Source: a virus (lineage: Duplodnaviria > Caudoviricetes). Taken from it: a stretch of 64,000 nucleotides of DNA. Where the stretch lies: positions 2,155 to 66,154 of the IMG/VR virus record IMGVR_UViG_3300044816_000066. One strand, 5' to 3'. Shown in pieces: positions 16,438 to 25,438 of the stretch. The notes beneath the pieces are model-generated. The model was given only the letters and a program-made list of their open reading frames with translations. It was not told where the DNA came from and ran no database searches. The first letter of the stretch is position 1. Every line of letters begins with the position of its first letter. Position numbers and translations under genes: made by a program.

Positions 16438-18191
16438 ATTTCCTCGAATCCGAAGTCAGAACCTACTACGCGATACGACTCCCGCAACTGACTCAGCGCG
16501 GGCGTGAATGGCGCGGACCTTGCCCTGTCCACAACGGCGAGGGAGACAACTTTTCGGTCAATTCGAAGACTGGGTTCGCCAACTGCCACAGCAAATGCGG
16601 CAAGGGCTGGGACATCATCTCACTCGATCAGGCCTTGAGTGGAACTGAATTTCCGGTGGCCAAACGGGAGGTGTTCAAGTTACTTGGGAGGACGGATGAT
16701 GATCTTTACGGAGATCGATTCGAGGCAGAATACCCGTATCACGATCAGTTTGGGAATGTAGTGTTCCGGGCCGTCCGTATGCGTTTGGGAGACGGAGACA
16801 AGAGATTCACACAGCAGCGGCCACACCGGGGAGGCTGGGCAAATGGAATCAAGGGCATTGAATTGGTCCCATATAACCTCCCGAACGTGTTGGCCGCCGA
16901 TTTGGTTTTCATTGCCGAAGGTGAAAAGTCAGTTGAGACACTGCGCGGGTTAAATCTCACCGGAAGTTGCAATAATGGCGGAGCCAAAAACTTCGCACCG
17001 GGTATTGTGAAATGGTTCGCTGGTAAGCACATCGGCATTCTTCCGGACAACGACCAAGCGGGTCGCGGGCACGCATTGAAAGTTGCCGAGATGTTGTCAG
17101 CAGTTGCCAAGTCAGTTCGCATAATTGAACTTCCTGGACTACCAGAAAAAGGGGACATCGCCGATTTCATTCAGGATGGCGGAACCGTCGACCAGGTTCT
17201 CGACCACTACGCACGGGCTCAGGATTGGTCGAAAGATTGGACGTTCTCGCTAGACGTTCCGCACGGAAATGACAAATACCTGCGCACGTACGTTCAGGCA
17301 ATCGAAGATGCCGGCGGTTTTTCCGCCTTCTGGGATCTAGCCGCTACCGAAGGGATACCAACTCCATGGTCGAAACTCACCGATGCCATGGCGGGCGGTC
17401 TACGCAACAGCGAGGTGTACATCATCGGCGCCAACCAGGGAGCCGGGAAGACTTCTCTGGCAATGCAGTTCGCTTGGACTGCATTGCGCTCTGGAATCCC
17501 TACGCTGATCTTGTCAATGGAAATGAACTGGCGGGATTGTTTTCAGCGCATCTGCTCAATCGAGGCTCGCGTCGATTTACTTGATCTTCGATGGAACCAG
17601 AAGCATCCGGCCAACAGCCCGGCGCACTTCTCTGAAATGCGCGAATCCATCAACTCGGTCAGCTATGAACTCGCCAAGATGCCGCTTTACGTATCCAACA
17701 AGTCTTCGGTATCGCCGGAGTTTATCGTTTCGGAGGCCACCCGTCTCAAGAAGCGCGATGGCATCGGGCTGGTGATTGTCGATCACATGCAACTGATGTC
17801 GGCCGATGCCAAGGTGCGCGGCGACGTCGAGAAGTTTACTGATATTTCAAGAGCCACCAAGCGGGCTGCGATGGAGTGTAATCTTCCGGTTTTGCTTGTC
17901 AGTCAAACGAGTCGCTCCAATTCGGCGGATAAGCGTACCGAACTGGAGGTAAGCGACTTGCGTGGCTCAGGTGCTATCGAGGAAGACGCCGCTACGGTGC
18001 TCCTCCTCTATCACGACAAAGACGACCGCGACCGGACCACGGCGAACCAAACGTTTTCCAAGGGGCCGGTGAAAACGTGGCTGAAGATCGGGAAGAATAG
18101 ATACGGCCTGCAGCACATGTACATGCCGTTGATGCACTTCAAAACCTGCACGCGCTTTGATCCATTCGAATATCACCCCGAGGCCGCATAA
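16434..18191 (+). CDS. Primase-helicase fusion (CHC2 Zn finger, TOPRIM, DnaB-like)
   Basis: CPVH...CHSKC; AEGEK; PDNDQAG; KGDIAD; GANQGAGKTS; IVDHMQL; DLRGSGAIEEDA; KNRYG. Confidence 0.92.
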   Translation: MNFLESEVRTYYAIRLPQLTQRGREWRGPCPVHNGEGDNFSVNSKTGFANCHSKCGKGWDIISLDQALSGTEFPVAKREVFKLLGRTDDDLYGDRFEAEYPYHDQFGNVVFRAVRMRLGDGDKRFTQQRPHRGGWANGIKGIELVPYNLPNVLAADLVFIAEGEKSVETLRGLNLTGSCNNGGAKNFAPGIVKWFAGKHIGILPDNDQAGRGHALKVAEMLSAVAKSVRIIELPGLPEKGDIADFIQDGGTVDQVLDHYARAQDWSKDWTFSLDVPHGNDKYLRTYVQAIEDAGGFSAFWDLAATEGIPTPWSKLTDAMAGGLRNSEVYIIGANQGAGKTSLAMQFAWTALRSGIPTLILSMEMNWRDCFQRICSIEARVDLLDLRWNQKHPANSPAHFSEMRESINSVSYELAKMPLYVSNKSSVSPEFIVSEATRLKKRDGIGLVIVDHMQLMSADAKVRGDVEKFTDISRATKRAAMECNLPVLLVSQTSRSNSADKRTELEVSDLRGSGAIEEDAATVLLLYHDKDDRDRTTANQTFSKGPVKTWLKIGKNRYGLQHMYMPLMHFKTCTRFDPFEYHPEAA

Positions 18192-18193
18192 AA

Positions 18194-18529
18194 ATGCCAC
18201 AAACACCACAAGAACATTCCGAATCCCGCATCGGCCATGTATGGCGGGAATCCGACCATGAGGCCATTTGCCACCACATCGCGGAGATCGACCGCACGGC
18301 GATAGAGGTGATGCGGCAATCGCTCGGCTGGGTGGACTGCCAGGCGCACGTAACTGTGAACCACCCAGGAATGCGTCAATTTGAGTACGACCTACCGCCC
18401 AAACCAAAGTACAGAACACCGGCTGAGATTGCCAAGCAATATGGCTTGCGCCCGCCAACGCTTGAACAGCAGCAAGAATCGATCGACCAGGAAATTGGTG
18501 GGTCAGCCTCAATGATTAACCCCGAATGA
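18194..18529 (+). CDS. Hypothetical protein
   Basis: ORF directly after the helicase. Confidence 0.55.
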   Translation: MPQTPQEHSESRIGHVWRESDHEAICHHIAEIDRTAIEVMRQSLGWVDCQAHVTVNHPGMRQFEYDLPPKPKYRTPAEIAKQYGLRPPTLEQQQESIDQEIGGSASMINPE

Positions 18530-18539
18530 AGGAGCCTTC

Positions 18540-18980
18540 ATGCTAGAGATCCATTCCCACTACGCAACCCTCCAATCATGGCCGGGCAACCGGGATCCCC
18601 GCTTCGAGGAACTCGACCGGCTGATAGCAGCCGAGCAGCCGGAACGCCGCATGCATCCCGGTCGGCCGATTCCGCGCTACCGCGGGAGCTACTCGCAGGA
18701 GCAACGCGACCAGGTTATCGAACTGGCGAAGCAGGGCCTACCCAACACTGTGATTTCGATGCGCACCGGGATCCCAAGGCGCAGTGTTTGGGGGATGCTG
18801 AGCCGGGCGGTAATCCCGCTACGGCATCCGCCGAAAGCAGATCGCCGATTCGTTACCGAGCTGGAAGCGGTCATGATGACCAAACTCCACGATGACGGAA
18901 TGAGTTACGCCCAGATCGGGCATCGGTTTGGTGTCAAGGGGCCGACTGTCTGCAGAGTGGTTAAGAGGCAGCGGCAATGA
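18540..18980 (+). CDS. Double HTH DNA-binding protein
   Basis: QGLPNTVISMRTGIPRRSV and DGMSYAQIGHRFGVKGPTV; AAGGAG RBS. Confidence 0.75.
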   Translation: MLEIHSHYATLQSWPGNRDPRFEELDRLIAAEQPERRMHPGRPIPRYRGSYSQEQRDQVIELAKQGLPNTVISMRTGIPRRSVWGMLSRAVIPLRHPPKADRRFVTELEAVMMTKLHDDGMSYAQIGHRFGVKGPTVCRVVKRQRQ

Positions 18981-19171
18981 CTCACTGGGTTACATCGCCA
19001 GATCGTGATGGACTCGCTCACATGATTCCAAATTATCCAAAAGACGCCGCCCCATGGGAAACGCGCACCGCAACAACACTGTGCGGGTGTACAGCCAATT
19101 ACATCGAGGTGCAATGTACCGGATTAGCGGTGTGCGAACCCTGCTGGGAAATAGCCAGCACGCCATGCTAG
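18977..19171 (+). CDS. Small Cys/His (zinc-binding-like) protein
   Basis: AH...TLCG...CEPC. Confidence 0.6.
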   Translation: MTHWVTSPDRDGLAHMIPNYPKDAAPWETRTATTLCGCTANYIEVQCTGLAVCEPCWEIASTPC

Positions 19172-19184
19172 GGGAATTGAAGAA

Positions 19185-19634
19185 ATGAAACAGACAACGA
19201 TCGATTGGGTAGGCGGTATCGCCGGGCTAATTCTCGGCGTGGCCCTTGGGCTCTCAATTACCTTGCCGATACGGAGGGTGGTTTCTCACGACGATCAGCA
19301 AATGAAGCAAGCGGTGGAACAAGCCATCCACCGCAAATACAACCCGCCCGGCCACTGCCCGCATCCGTACGGCTGCTTTGTGAGTTGGATAGGGCCGACC
19401 AGTATGTATGGATGGCCTTGCGAGGCGATGGCTTGCGGCGGGATTCCCTTCAATGGCGGCGATGATTCCGTGATATGGACGGATGGCGTTGGTACCGAAG
19501 ATGACGGGAAGAGGGTCGCCATTGCACTTGAGTTGAGTAAGCCGGTCGGTCGCGTAACGGAAACGATTTGGAAAGTTGCTGTAATGAGCCATCCAGGCAC
19601 GGATACCGGAACCATCGGGAGCATGGCCAAATGA
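19185..19634 (+). CDS. Membrane-anchored hypothetical protein
   Basis: N-terminal TM helix; Cys-containing domain. Confidence 0.6.
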   Translation: MKQTTIDWVGGIAGLILGVALGLSITLPIRRVVSHDDQQMKQAVEQAIHRKYNPPGHCPHPYGCFVSWIGPTSMYGWPCEAMACGGIPFNGGDDSVIWTDGVGTEDDGKRVAIALELSKPVGRVTETIWKVAVMSHPGTDTGTIGSMAK

Positions 19635-19798
19635 AACCCAAAACAAACACCAAGCAAGACATCGATCATCTCGAAAAGCGGATTGAGATAATCGTCGATC
19701 AGTTCGAGCATCGCACGGCCCTGAAGGTGGGGGTAATCAAGATCAACCACGATGCCGATCTCAACGGGGCGGCACAAGTGAAAGTGGAGGTTTCATGA
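19631..19798 (+). CDS. Small hypothetical protein
   Basis: ATGA coupling at both ends. Confidence 0.55.
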   Translation: MKPKTNTKQDIDHLEKRIEIIVDQFEHRTALKVGVIKINHDADLNGAAQVKVEVS

Positions 19799-20019
19799 AA
19801 ACGCTTCTGCCATGCCCGTTCTGCGGGTTCCCCGAAGTAAGGCAAGTGTCACGTTGCGGAACTTACTGGATAGAGTGCTTTAATTGCCAGACAAGCGGGC
19901 CGGGGAGATTAGATGAACAGGGATCGATAGATGCGTGGAACACTCGGCCCGGAACCATAACTCTCAAGTACGGCGGACGAGGCGCACCGAAACCACTCGA
20001 CATGGAAGACAACTTATGA
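19795..20019 (+). CDS. Second Lar-family protein
   Basis: LLPCPFCG...CFNCQTSGP...DAWNTR. Confidence 0.8.
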   Translation: MKTLLPCPFCGFPEVRQVSRCGTYWIECFNCQTSGPGRLDEQGSIDAWNTRPGTITLKYGGRGAPKPLDMEDNL

Positions 20020-21086
20020 AAACGACAATCGCGCTACTCATCACCACTTCGTTCGCGTGCGCGGCGTTCGGGCAAACCACAAAGTCCGCAACTCCAACAA
20101 TACTGACGATAGTCGAAAAACATCAGGAGGCCATCGATTCCATCAACCGCTCCATTAAATACCTAGGAGATTCGGTTCACCTTCAGACAACTTTAATTCA
20201 AGCGGAACAAAAGAAACTCACCGAGAACGAGCAGAGGATAGAGCTTCTTAAGGGGAACGTTACTTCACTGGATAATCACTTGATTTCACATCAGGAAGAG
20301 ATCGACACGATGGCTAGGACGCTTAGGTCGGTGGAGTCACGTGTTTATGCCCTCGAACATCCGAAGATGAATGCGCAGCTATCAACGCGGCAGTTCCGAA
20401 TAGTGAAGGCTCAGGCTATTACTCCAATGCCAAATGGTGTCATGAAGGATGGAGCTTGCATCACGCCGAATACAGATTGCCTCGTCCCATCGGGGATCGA
20501 CGTTAATGGCGGTGAAGTCTTATACCAGCACCACCCATCCGTACATCCAATACCCGACAATTGGCCAATCGTCGCTCCGCCAGTTATCGGAGCGCAACGG
20601 ATGAACATTGGTGGCAATTGCGAGGTGTTCGATGGGCAGAATTGGACCAAGATCGATTGCGGCAATATCGGCCAGCACCATGCGTTCGAGAGCAACTTGG
20701 ACAATTCGAATTACATCGGCATAGCGGATGTGGTGCCGCCAATAACGCGATCTATCAGGGTCGGAGCCTCATACACCAGCACCGACGATCCATACATGAA
20801 GTATTGCCTGCACGATTCAACTGATCCAATCGATATCCAAACCGATTGCCTTGTGATGGTCGATCCAGCAGACGGAGCGGTCACGGTGAGCATCAAACGC
20901 CCGAATGCAGCCATTGCCGCCATGCAAGCCAAACTCACACGCTACGAGGCTCTGGGCTCAGCGGCCAACCAGCTTATCAACCAGCAGAAGCAGCAACTCA
21001 TCGATGCCCACAACGCGCTGGTACTGGCGTGCTCGGCCGTGCTGGTAGCCAAGCAGCATGAGGTTTGTGGGGAGCTGGGGTATTGA
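20016..21086 (+). CDS. Secreted coiled-coil/Cys protein
   Basis: Signal peptide MKTTIALLITTSFACAAFG|Q; N- and C-terminal coiled coils; paired Cys. Confidence 0.7.
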   Translation: MKTTIALLITTSFACAAFGQTTKSATPTILTIVEKHQEAIDSINRSIKYLGDSVHLQTTLIQAEQKKLTENEQRIELLKGNVTSLDNHLISHQEEIDTMARTLRSVESRVYALEHPKMNAQLSTRQFRIVKAQAITPMPNGVMKDGACITPNTDCLVPSGIDVNGGEVLYQHHPSVHPIPDNWPIVAPPVIGAQRMNIGGNCEVFDGQNWTKIDCGNIGQHHAFESNLDNSNYIGIADVVPPITRSIRVGASYTSTDDPYMKYCLHDSTDPIDIQTDCLVMVDPADGAVTVSIKRPNAAIAAMQAKLTRYEALGSAANQLINQQKQQLIDAHNALVLACSAVLVAKQHEVCGELGY

Positions 21087-21093
21087 ATCCCAC

Positions 21094-21291
21094 CTACGCG
21101 CGACAGTGAGATCGTGACTCAACCGCGCCATCGCACATAACCCCACACTTCGAGCAAGCCGTGGGTTTCTTCGGCCTCCCGCCAGCGCCACGCGACACGG
21201 ACTTCATGATCGCGCTACGCTCGGCGGGTGTGGTTTTTTCCCAACGATGCCGGACCAAGGCGGCGCCGGGTGAGAGTTTCTTCTTGCTCAT
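21094..21291 (-). CDS. Small basic protein (GGRPKK, CxxC)
   Basis: ATGA-coupled last gene of a minus-strand trio. Confidence 0.65.
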   Translation of the reverse strand: MSKKKLSPGAALVRHRWEKTTPAERSAIMKSVSRGAGGRPKKPTACSKCGVMCDGAVESRSHCRA

Positions 21292-21644
21292 TTTACCCGG
21301 CACAATAATCCCCCTATGTTTCGCCACTCACCGCCAGCGTCGCTCGTAACAAAGTTAATTTCGCCCCTACCGGTAGCCATCTGCCGTAGCACGTAGTCCG
21401 CGCTGCAATCACGATCCATCGCACTCCCGCGATAGAAAATGCTGTAGGTGTGGCATCCGGGCAATATCTGGTCGAGCATCATCTCCGCATTCTCCCTGTC
21501 CTGCGAGTCGCGCGCGGAGTTGTATTCGCCATTCCGATGCCGGGCTTCGATGTTGGCGAGGAATTTCTCTCCTAGCGACTTGGCGGAGCCAATCGCTGGT
21601 CCAATGTAGTTCTCGATCTGTGTCTTTGCGCTTGACGTGTTCAT
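21288..21644 (-). CDS. Hypothetical protein
   Basis: GGAGGTGGGG RBS; ATGA coupling. Confidence 0.65.
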   Translation of the reverse strand: MNTSSAKTQIENYIGPAIGSAKSLGEKFLANIEARHRNGEYNSARDSQDRENAEMMLDQILPGCHTYSIFYRGSAMDRDCSADYVLRQMATGRGEINFVTSDAGGEWRNIGGLLCRVK

Positions 21645-21853
21645 TTCCCCACCTCCCAAGTCCCAATCTTCGCCTTGCCTACCGTATTCGGATCGCTGAT
21701 CGCCTTAGCGCACGAATCGGAACAGGCGTGAACCGTTGCTCGCATAACAAACTCGCGACGGAACCAGCAGCCATTGTTCCCTAGTCCCCATCCGTCATTC
21801 GCGGATATCTTTGATCCGCACGAATCACAGATCCATCCGTTTTCGTTTGTCAT
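21641..21853 (-). CDS. Zinc-finger-like protein (CxxC...CSxxC)
   Basis: GAGGGAG RBS; promoter upstream. Confidence 0.65.
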   Translation of the reverse strand: MTNENGWICDSCGSKISANDGWGLGNNGCWFRREFVMRATVHACSDSCAKAISDPNTVGKAKIGTWEVGK

Positions 21854-21871
21854 GTTCACTCCCTCTACACA

Positions 21872-21908
21872 ATAATCTCATACGTACGAGTTCATGTCAA
21901 GAGATTAT
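21872..21908 (-). promoter_or_regulatory. Promoter with overlapping inverted-repeat operator
   Basis: Minus strand TTGACA-17-GATTAT (preceded by TGn); ATAATCTC/GAGATTAT inverted repeat brackets it. Confidence 0.55.
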
Positions 21909-21939
21909 GAAAATATATTTCAGCGACCCGATCATTACC

Positions 21940-22066
21940 GAGTTCCACTCAGTTGTCAAAATCGACAATGTTGCGTTACCATACACAACAGACATTTCGT
22001 AACTGAAATGTTTAGGACGGCGCCACCACCCGCCACTCTGTACTGCACGACCTGCTCGGTCGCCCA
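21940..22066. ncRNA. Candidate multi-hairpin RNA/leader
   Basis: Abutting hairpins 21953-68, 21969-90, 21991-22012, plus 22019-34 and 22048-62. Confidence 0.4.
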
Positions 22067-22082
22067 TTCCCAAAAATAAACT

Positions 22083-22463
22083 ATGACGCTCTCGCCCCAG
22101 CGCGCCTTGGCGATTATTGACCTGACAGCTACCTACGAAGTCAGGAAACCGGAAGCAAGCGGCCAATTTCGAACTCTGGAAAAGCGGGTTTCTGGCGTCG
22201 AGCTGATGTTGATGATCGATGCTCAAACCGTCGAAATAATCGGTAATCGATCGCGCATTACTCGCGCCCTGATGGTCTGCGATGAGGCTGAAGTGAAGCA
22301 TCGGATGGAGATCCGAAAACAGCAACGAGCCGCTGAGCTGAAAGCGGAATCCGGCGAAGAAACAGACGGCCGATTCAACAACCAAGCCAGTAAAACCGTC
22401 GAGCGCGTCTATTGGGATCGATTCAACGCACCCGGCTCCTGGATGTGGCAATTCTGTGCCTGA
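22083..22463 (+). CDS. Hypothetical protein
   Basis: First ORF of the rightward late region. Confidence 0.65.
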   Translation: MTLSPQRALAIIDLTATYEVRKPEASGQFRTLEKRVSGVELMLMIDAQTVEIIGNRSRITRALMVCDEAEVKHRMEIRKQQRAAELKAESGEETDGRFNNQASKTVERVYWDRFNAPGSWMWQFCA

Positions 22464-22746
22464 TCTCCCGCCAGCACTCGAGCGCATCGGGCGCCGAATG
22501 CAATACGAGGTAAACCTGCCTCCGACCTACTCCCGCTGCGGCCGCGTATTCCCTGGAAGATCCTATCCAATCCCTCCCTCATCCGACCCTGCAACTTACC
22601 CCGTCGCCTCATCTAAAGTGTTGATGCGCAACGGGATCTCGTGCAATGAAATGGAAGCGCCACGGCAGCAGGAAGCGCATCCCATGGTGGCGAAGCGGAA
22701 GTATCAGCGGATGAATGGGGGATCACGAAAGGCAAGCATCCAATGA
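22456..22746 (+). CDS. Hypothetical protein
   Basis: Fills the gap between coupled ORFs. Confidence 0.4.
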   Translation: MPDLPPALERIGRRMQYEVNLPPTYSRCGRVFPGRSYPIPPSSDPATYPVASSKVLMRNGISCNEMEAPRQQEAHPMVAKRKYQRMNGGSRKASIQ

Positions 22747-22910
22747 GCGGATTGCAACTCATGGTCAAGGGTAAGCCGGTGCGGGAAATGTGCAAGTTCT
22801 GCTCTCTCCTGAAGGCTTCGTCTGGTTTCCGGGTGTTTCCGAGCGGAACTCGGATTTGCCCAAATTGCTACTCACGTAAAGCCGCGCGCAGAGAAGAGCG
22901 CACCGCGTGA
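22743..22910 (+). CDS. Small CxxC-CxxC zinc-finger protein (not in ORF track)
   Basis: CKFC...CPNC; ATGA/GTGA coupling. Confidence 0.6.
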   Translation: MSGLQLMVKGKPVREMCKFCSLLKASSGFRVFPSGTRICPNCYSRKAARREERTA

Positions 22911-23347
22911 AGTCTATATCTGTACGTGTACACCCCCAGGAGGTGAACGGTTGCGTTCACCCCGTAGTGAACGGTCAGATTTCTTGGCTGTATTCCAAAA
23001 TCCCGCCAGATGTCATGTTCGATGATCGGCTAAACCGTACAGATTTAAGGGTTTATTCCTGCATAGCAGGCGTTGTGTGGCAGGGAACCGTAGCTTCGAT
23101 TGGAATCAGGCTGATTGCCAAGCAAATAAAGCGTTCGGTCGCGCTGGTCGCCAAGAGCCTTGATCGTCTCGAAAGGGCAGGACACATCAAACGTCAACCA
23201 GTTAACAACGGGAAGCGGTCAAAGATTGACCTTACGCCTTACGATGTATTCGGCACCAAGCAGCGTGACGGCATCACCGAGATTGTCAGTTGCCCCCGTG
23301 GCGATCGGCGCATGGTATCCGTCGGAAAAGAAAGACTTCGCGCTTAA
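22907..23347 (+). CDS. Winged-HTH protein
   Basis: D.RLNRTDLRVY...IAKQIKRS.ALV.KSLDRLERAGHI. Confidence 0.7.
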   Translation: MKSISVRVHPQEVNGCVHPVVNGQISWLYSKIPPDVMFDDRLNRTDLRVYSCIAGVVWQGTVASIGIRLIAKQIKRSVALVAKSLDRLERAGHIKRQPVNNGKRSKIDLTPYDVFGTKQRDGITEIVSCPRGDRRMVSVGKERLRA

Positions 23348-23352
23348 CCCTC

Positions 23353-23844
23353 ATGCCACGCGTATGCACGATCTGCGGGAGCCCGAAACGCAAGCAGATC
23401 GAGATAGAGGTACTCAAAAACAGGCCTATCCGCGAAATAGCGCAACGGTTCGGAGTGACTCACGATTCACTCGGGCGGCACACAAAAAATTGTATTTCTA
23501 CCCAAATCAAACTGGCCAAAGAGCATGTAGCCGTAAACTTTGCAGAGTTGCTCATTTCAGATCTTGAAGAAGCACGTAAATCACTGAGATCAATAGAATT
23601 AAAGGCGACTAAAGGACGTCAGTACAACGCTGCGGTATTGGCGATCGAGAAGCGAATTGAGGTAACACTGACCGGATGCGAGTTCCAGAAGCCCTCCGAA
23701 AGCGCATCGAGAAAATCCGGGGTGACTCACAGATTCGCTTTAACGATCGAGGAGACGAAAGAGTTCTACGGTATTTCCCCTGGCCAAGTCAGCGAAAATT
23801 CCACAAACTCCGAACTCGATACCGAGGATTCTCAGGTTCAGTAG
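23353..23844 (+). CDS. Probable terminase small subunit
   Basis: MPRVCTIC..HTH..RH; precedes and overlaps TerL. Confidence 0.65.
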   Translation: MPRVCTICGSPKRKQIEIEVLKNRPIREIAQRFGVTHDSLGRHTKNCISTQIKLAKEHVAVNFAELLISDLEEARKSLRSIELKATKGRQYNAAVLAIEKRIEVTLTGCEFQKPSESASRKSGVTHRFALTIEETKEFYGISPGQVSENSTNSELDTEDSQVQ

Positions 23845-25100
23845 GGTCGGGAAAGAGCTTGGCCTTGGTGGGCGAAGCTTATCGTCTAAGCGTGGTCAAT
23901 GCCGGGCTTACCGGGCTGATCGGGGCTCCAACATATCGCATTCTGGAAGACGTGACCCAGCCGGCCTTCTTGGACCTACTGGACGCCAGCGGAATACCGT
24001 ACCGGTTCGAGAAGCAGGCGCACCGGCTGACCCTGCTTGACACTGGAAGCAAGATATTCTTTCGTTCGCTGGATAATCCTGAGCGGCTGCGCGGTCCCAA
24101 CTTGGCGTGGTTCGGAATCGACGAATTGACATATTGCCAGCCAGCGGCATGGTCGCGACTTGAGGCTAGGCTTCGGCACGGTAAAGCGTCGGAGCTTTCA
24201 GGATTCGCGGTTTGGACTCCCAAGGGATTCGATTGGGTTTACGAACTGTTCGTCGGGGAGAAAACAAACAAAGACTACTCCATGATTCGAGGGGTGCCTA
24301 AAGAGAATGCTGCGAATCTTGCGGAGGGATTTTACGAGACCCTGGCAAGATCGTACGATGCTCGATTCTACGAGCAGGAAGTACTCGGAGAATACCTCAA
24401 CATCCTGAGCGGGCGCGCTTATTACGGCTTCGAGCGGAAGCAAAACCTGTCCGTGGATCTGAAGTTCAACCCGAACTTGCCGCTCTGTTGGGCGTTGGAT
24501 TTCAACGTGGACCCGATGTGCTCGATCTTGGCGCAAGTGGAAGACAACACCAGCCGGGCGGACATAATGCTAGGCAAGAAGCGCAAGCGGGTCAATGTGC
24601 TTGATGAGATCTGCTTACCGGATTCGGATGTGGGTAAAGCTTGCAACGAGTTCCTGCGGAGAACGGAAGGCTTGCGAATAGCCGCGGGCGGACAGCTTCA
24701 AGTCAACGTCTATGGTGACGCGACGGGAAACAACAGGGCGCACAGCGGCAAGACGGATTGGGAGTTGGTCAAGCAGCACTTCAGGGGCAATGGGGCTTAC
24801 CAGATGCACTACCGGGTGCCGGATTCCAACCCATTTGTGAAGGATCGCGTCAACGCTGTGAATGCGGCAATGATTAACGCCGCGCAGGAGGTTCGGTGCT
24901 TCATCGACCCGCGGTGCAAGCAATTGGTGGCTGATCTGGAGCAGGTGTCCTGGAAGCCGGACAGCAATGGAAACCTAACGGGCGATCTGGATGAAAGCGA
25001 CAAGCAGCGCACCCACGTTAGTTCAGCGCTCGGGTACATGATCTGGAGCGAATTGCCAATCCTGCCCCGCGGCGGCCCGATGAGTTCGAGGATTATCTGA
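23676..25100 (+). CDS. terL: Terminase large subunit
   Basis: Q motif, GSVGSGKS, LRGPNL.WFGIDE, WTPKG..W, DFNVDP nuclease motif. Confidence 0.95.
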   Translation: MRVPEALRKRIEKIRGDSQIRFNDRGDERVLRYFPWPSQRKFHKLRTRYRGFSGSVGSGKSLALVGEAYRLSVVNAGLTGLIGAPTYRILEDVTQPAFLDLLDASGIPYRFEKQAHRLTLLDTGSKIFFRSLDNPERLRGPNLAWFGIDELTYCQPAAWSRLEARLRHGKASELSGFAVWTPKGFDWVYELFVGEKTNKDYSMIRGVPKENAANLAEGFYETLARSYDARFYEQEVLGEYLNILSGRAYYGFERKQNLSVDLKFNPNLPLCWALDFNVDPMCSILAQVEDNTSRADIMLGKKRKRVNVLDEICLPDSDVGKACNEFLRRTEGLRIAAGGQLQVNVYGDATGNNRAHSGKTDWELVKQHFRGNGAYQMHYRVPDSNPFVKDRVNAVNAAMINAAQEVRCFIDPRCKQLVADLEQVSWKPDSNGNLTGDLDESDKQRTHVSSALGYMIWSELPILPRGGPMSSRII

Positions 25101-25101
25101 C

Positions 25102-25434
25102 ATGATGAATTTCTATCCGCAGGGCGCGCGAGTGGTTGCCACGCCCGGAGTTCTGGTTACGCTGGCGGTCACGCAAGCTTCGCCAATCGCCGGCGCTTCC
25201 AAGTTGATGGTTCAGCCACTCCCGGCTAATGTCGGGAAAGTCTACATCGGCGTTGCCGGGATGGTGCGGGCGACGTTCGTTGGCGTCATCACCTATATCC
25301 CGCAGACGGCGATGTGGCCGCCCCTGTTCATCGAATCGCAGGATGGCGAGGGCAATCCCATCGATGAACCGCAGTTCCGGCTCGATGCGGACAACGCAGG
25401 CGATGGCGTGATCTACACATGGGTGACCGTCTAG
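25102..25434 (+). CDS. Small beta-rich structural protein
   Basis: ANVGKVYIG motif; between TerL and portal. Confidence 0.6.
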   Translation: MMNFYPQGARVVATPGVLVTLAVTQASPIAGASKLMVQPLPANVGKVYIGVAGMVRATFVGVITYIPQTAMWPPLFIESQDGEGNPIDEPQFRLDADNAGDGVIYTWVTV

Positions 25435-25438
25435 CTCG

